This document shows, one piece after another, positions 43,341 to 45,654 of a stretch of DNA of 45,654 nucleotides (the first letter of the stretch is position 1; the number at the start of each line of letters is the position of its first letter). The notes below the pieces were generated by a model. It was not told the DNA's origin, did no database searches, and worked only from the letters and a program-made list of their open reading frames with translations. Origin of the DNA: Octopus bimaculoides (lineage: Eukaryota); assembly GCF_001194135.2 (NCBI RefSeq), contig NC_068993.1:18841739-18887392 (forward strand), read 5' to 3'. A program made the position numbers and the translations under genes.

Positions 43341-44471
43341 ATTCTTATTTATTCACTTAACTTAGCACCATCTCTTTTAGCTTTATGTTCCACATCTCAG
43401 CTTCATCCCACAGCTCAGCGATGCAACACTTCTCAATTAATGAGCTGTGTCCTAGTTTGGCTCTCTTTAAACTAGCCCTAAGGGCACCGACTACAATAGG
43501 TGCCCATGCAAACACATATTATACATGAGCACTTCTCAATTCATGAGCTGTGTCTTAGTTTTGCTCGCTTTGAACTGGCTCCAAGGGCACAAATCACAAA
43601 AGGTACACACATACACACACACACACATTATACATGATGGATTTCCACAGAGTTTCTGTCTACCATATTTACTGACAAAGCATTGATTGTCCCAGAGCTT
43701 TTCTAGAAAACATTTGTCCAAAGTACTGTGCTGTAGGATCGACCCTGAGACCTCATGATTGCAAACTGAGCTCCTTAACCACACAGCCATGCTTGCATCT
43801 ATGTTAGAAATCATCGTCTTTTATATCGAGCTACTTTGCTTGGCTGCTAATGGTTACAAATAAATTTCCTTTTTAAATGGCTTTAATCTTTGGCTTTCTT
43901 CTCTCTTATCAGCTCCATTCTCTTGACTTGTCTGTTGTTGTTGTTGTTGCTTCCTGTTTTGGCGAATATCTTTTTGTTTACTTTTTTTTTTTTGCTTGTT
44001 TCTTTTTTTGTATTGTTTCCACCTCTTTTATAGTTTATTGCCAACACAGAAACTAGCAGAAACATGCAAGGGAATGGAAGAGGAAAGTAACAGAACGAAC
44101 CACCACCACCACCACCACCACCACCNNNNNNNNNNNNNNNNNNNNNNNNNNNNNNNNNNNNNNNNNNNNNNNNNNNNNNNNNNNNNNNNNNNNNNNNNNN
44201 NNNNNNNNNNNNNNNNNNNNNNNNNNNNNNNNNNNNNNNNNNNNNNNNNNNNNNNNNNNNNNNNNNNNNNNNNNNNNNNNNNNNNNNNNNNNNNNNNNNN
44301 NNNNNNNNNNNNNNNTTTATGCATAGGTAGGTGGGGGTAGAGGTTATCTACTGTCTGCTATTTCACTTAAAAGACCAACTAACACAAAATGGTTTCTTCG
44401 TATCTCTCATCTTCACTTTGAAATGCAATAATTTATTTTGGCCAGAAAAGTAGCCTGTTTTTGTATATTTA

Positions 44472-44518
44472 AAATAATAATAATAATAATAATAATAATG
44501 ATAATAATAATAGTAATA
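44472..44518. repeat. (AAT)n microsatellite
   Basis: Seen directly. Confidence 0.9.
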
Positions 44519-45244
44519 TAAATCACTGAAGTTAATTATTTAGGGAAACCATAAAGTTAGTGTCAATGCCTTCAGTGTGATGAACAGCAAAAAATTTTAA
44601 TTAGAAATATTAATTAGAAATGCAGTGAAGAATAGACGAACATTCAACATGGGAGACAACTCTGGTTGTGTTTTAGTATTAGGCTTCCTCAACAAAGCAC
44701 AAGGCGTACTTACCAAAGTAATGATGAAGCAATTGCTAAGATGTTATATATTGTAGATGTATAAGGTTGAGAAATTCGATGCTTATATAATTATTAAGTC
44801 TGAAGTGAGAGAAAGTTATTGAGCAAGACCCTTTTAAGATATGCACTCGATATATTCTCTTTAAATTTCTAACACAAGAACAAGGGTAAAACCTCATCAT
44901 TAGAATGGTGCTTGACTTGTTTTCTCCAGTCTAGGTTGTTGGAAGACAACATCAATCTGATTGGAGATAAAATTTGAAGTCAGAATGTAAATGTTGAAAT
45001 CTCACTGGAGTAGACTTTGCCCTTTATCCATCTATGGTCTATGACAACGATGATGGTGTCTTGAATAATAATAAGAAAGCAACGCAATAATGATATTTAA
45101 TAATGATATTCATATCCAATCTCTGTTTCCTGTATACTTGAGTAAATTTATTACGATTAATTAAATGAAATGAAATGAATATTGATGATGTAAGTATTAG
45201 AAGAATCTTGAAAGTAATGAAATTAACAAAGTTTTATTTTAGTT

Positions 45245-45370
45245 TAAGCCTTTGGCGTTCAAACTGGCCATATCTGGCCCAAATATTCTACCTGTTTTAT
45301 GTTCAAACTGGCCAGATCCAACCTATCACACCTACCCTACCATGTCATTCTAAAAAGTAAACAATAACAT
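45245..45370. mobile_element. P2 MITE fragment
   Basis: aaactggccatatctggcccaaatattctacctgttttatgttcaaactggccagatcc is shared with 22525-22620 and, as reverse complement, with 14300-14400. Confidence 0.55.
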
Positions 45371-45596
45371 CATTGAAATACATGAATAATTCAAAACAAC
45401 ATGAATAAATTTGACAATAATCTGAATGCACATTTGACAGTAATCTGAATGCACAATAAAGTTTCTTATTCTAACAACAGGAAAGAGGTGGGTTTGATGC
45501 ACGATACATAGTTCTGTTGTATATGACATATAATAATTTTTCAACTTTTTCAGTTTGATTAAAATTCAGATGTCCTTGTAAGTGAAATGAAAGAAG

Positions 45597-45599
<3 letters not shown>

Positions 45600-45654
<55 letters not shown>
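45600..45654. repeat. (CA)n microsatellite to the window end
   Basis: Seen directly. Confidence 0.95.

Noticed and set aside
44921-44990. + strand acceptor tttctccag followed by SRLLEDNINLIGDKI*
   Set aside because: Too short, with no recognisable family and no supporting upstream exon.

Overview
AT-rich, gapped animal genomic scaffold. The SINE, RTE and microsatellite content suggests a cephalopod such as Octopus (inference). The window holds one complete protein-coding gene on the + strand: a 10-exon HSD17B12/KAR-like very-long-chain 3-oxoacyl-CoA reductase (CDS 3657-36693, 984 bp, 327 aa; all introns GT-AG; phases join with no stop). Its introns contain tRNA-derived SINEs, RTE and CR1-type LINE fragments, and TTAA, hAT and Tc1/mariner MITEs; a decayed mariner transposase lies downstream. 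The most unusual item is in intron 1: a 2.7-kb non-autonomous LTR retroelement on the - strand (5670-8410; TGTAG...CTACA LTRs, 4-bp TSD ATGC, PPT). Its primer-binding region is expanded into a 42-bp tandem array, each unit being a copy of the LTR (U5) terminus plus a tRNA-Trp PBS. A second, duplicated block of these units ends in a roughly 100-nt fold-back hairpin. SINE and LINE boundaries are approximate, family names could not be checked against databases, and about 2.4 kb of N gaps limit some conclusions.
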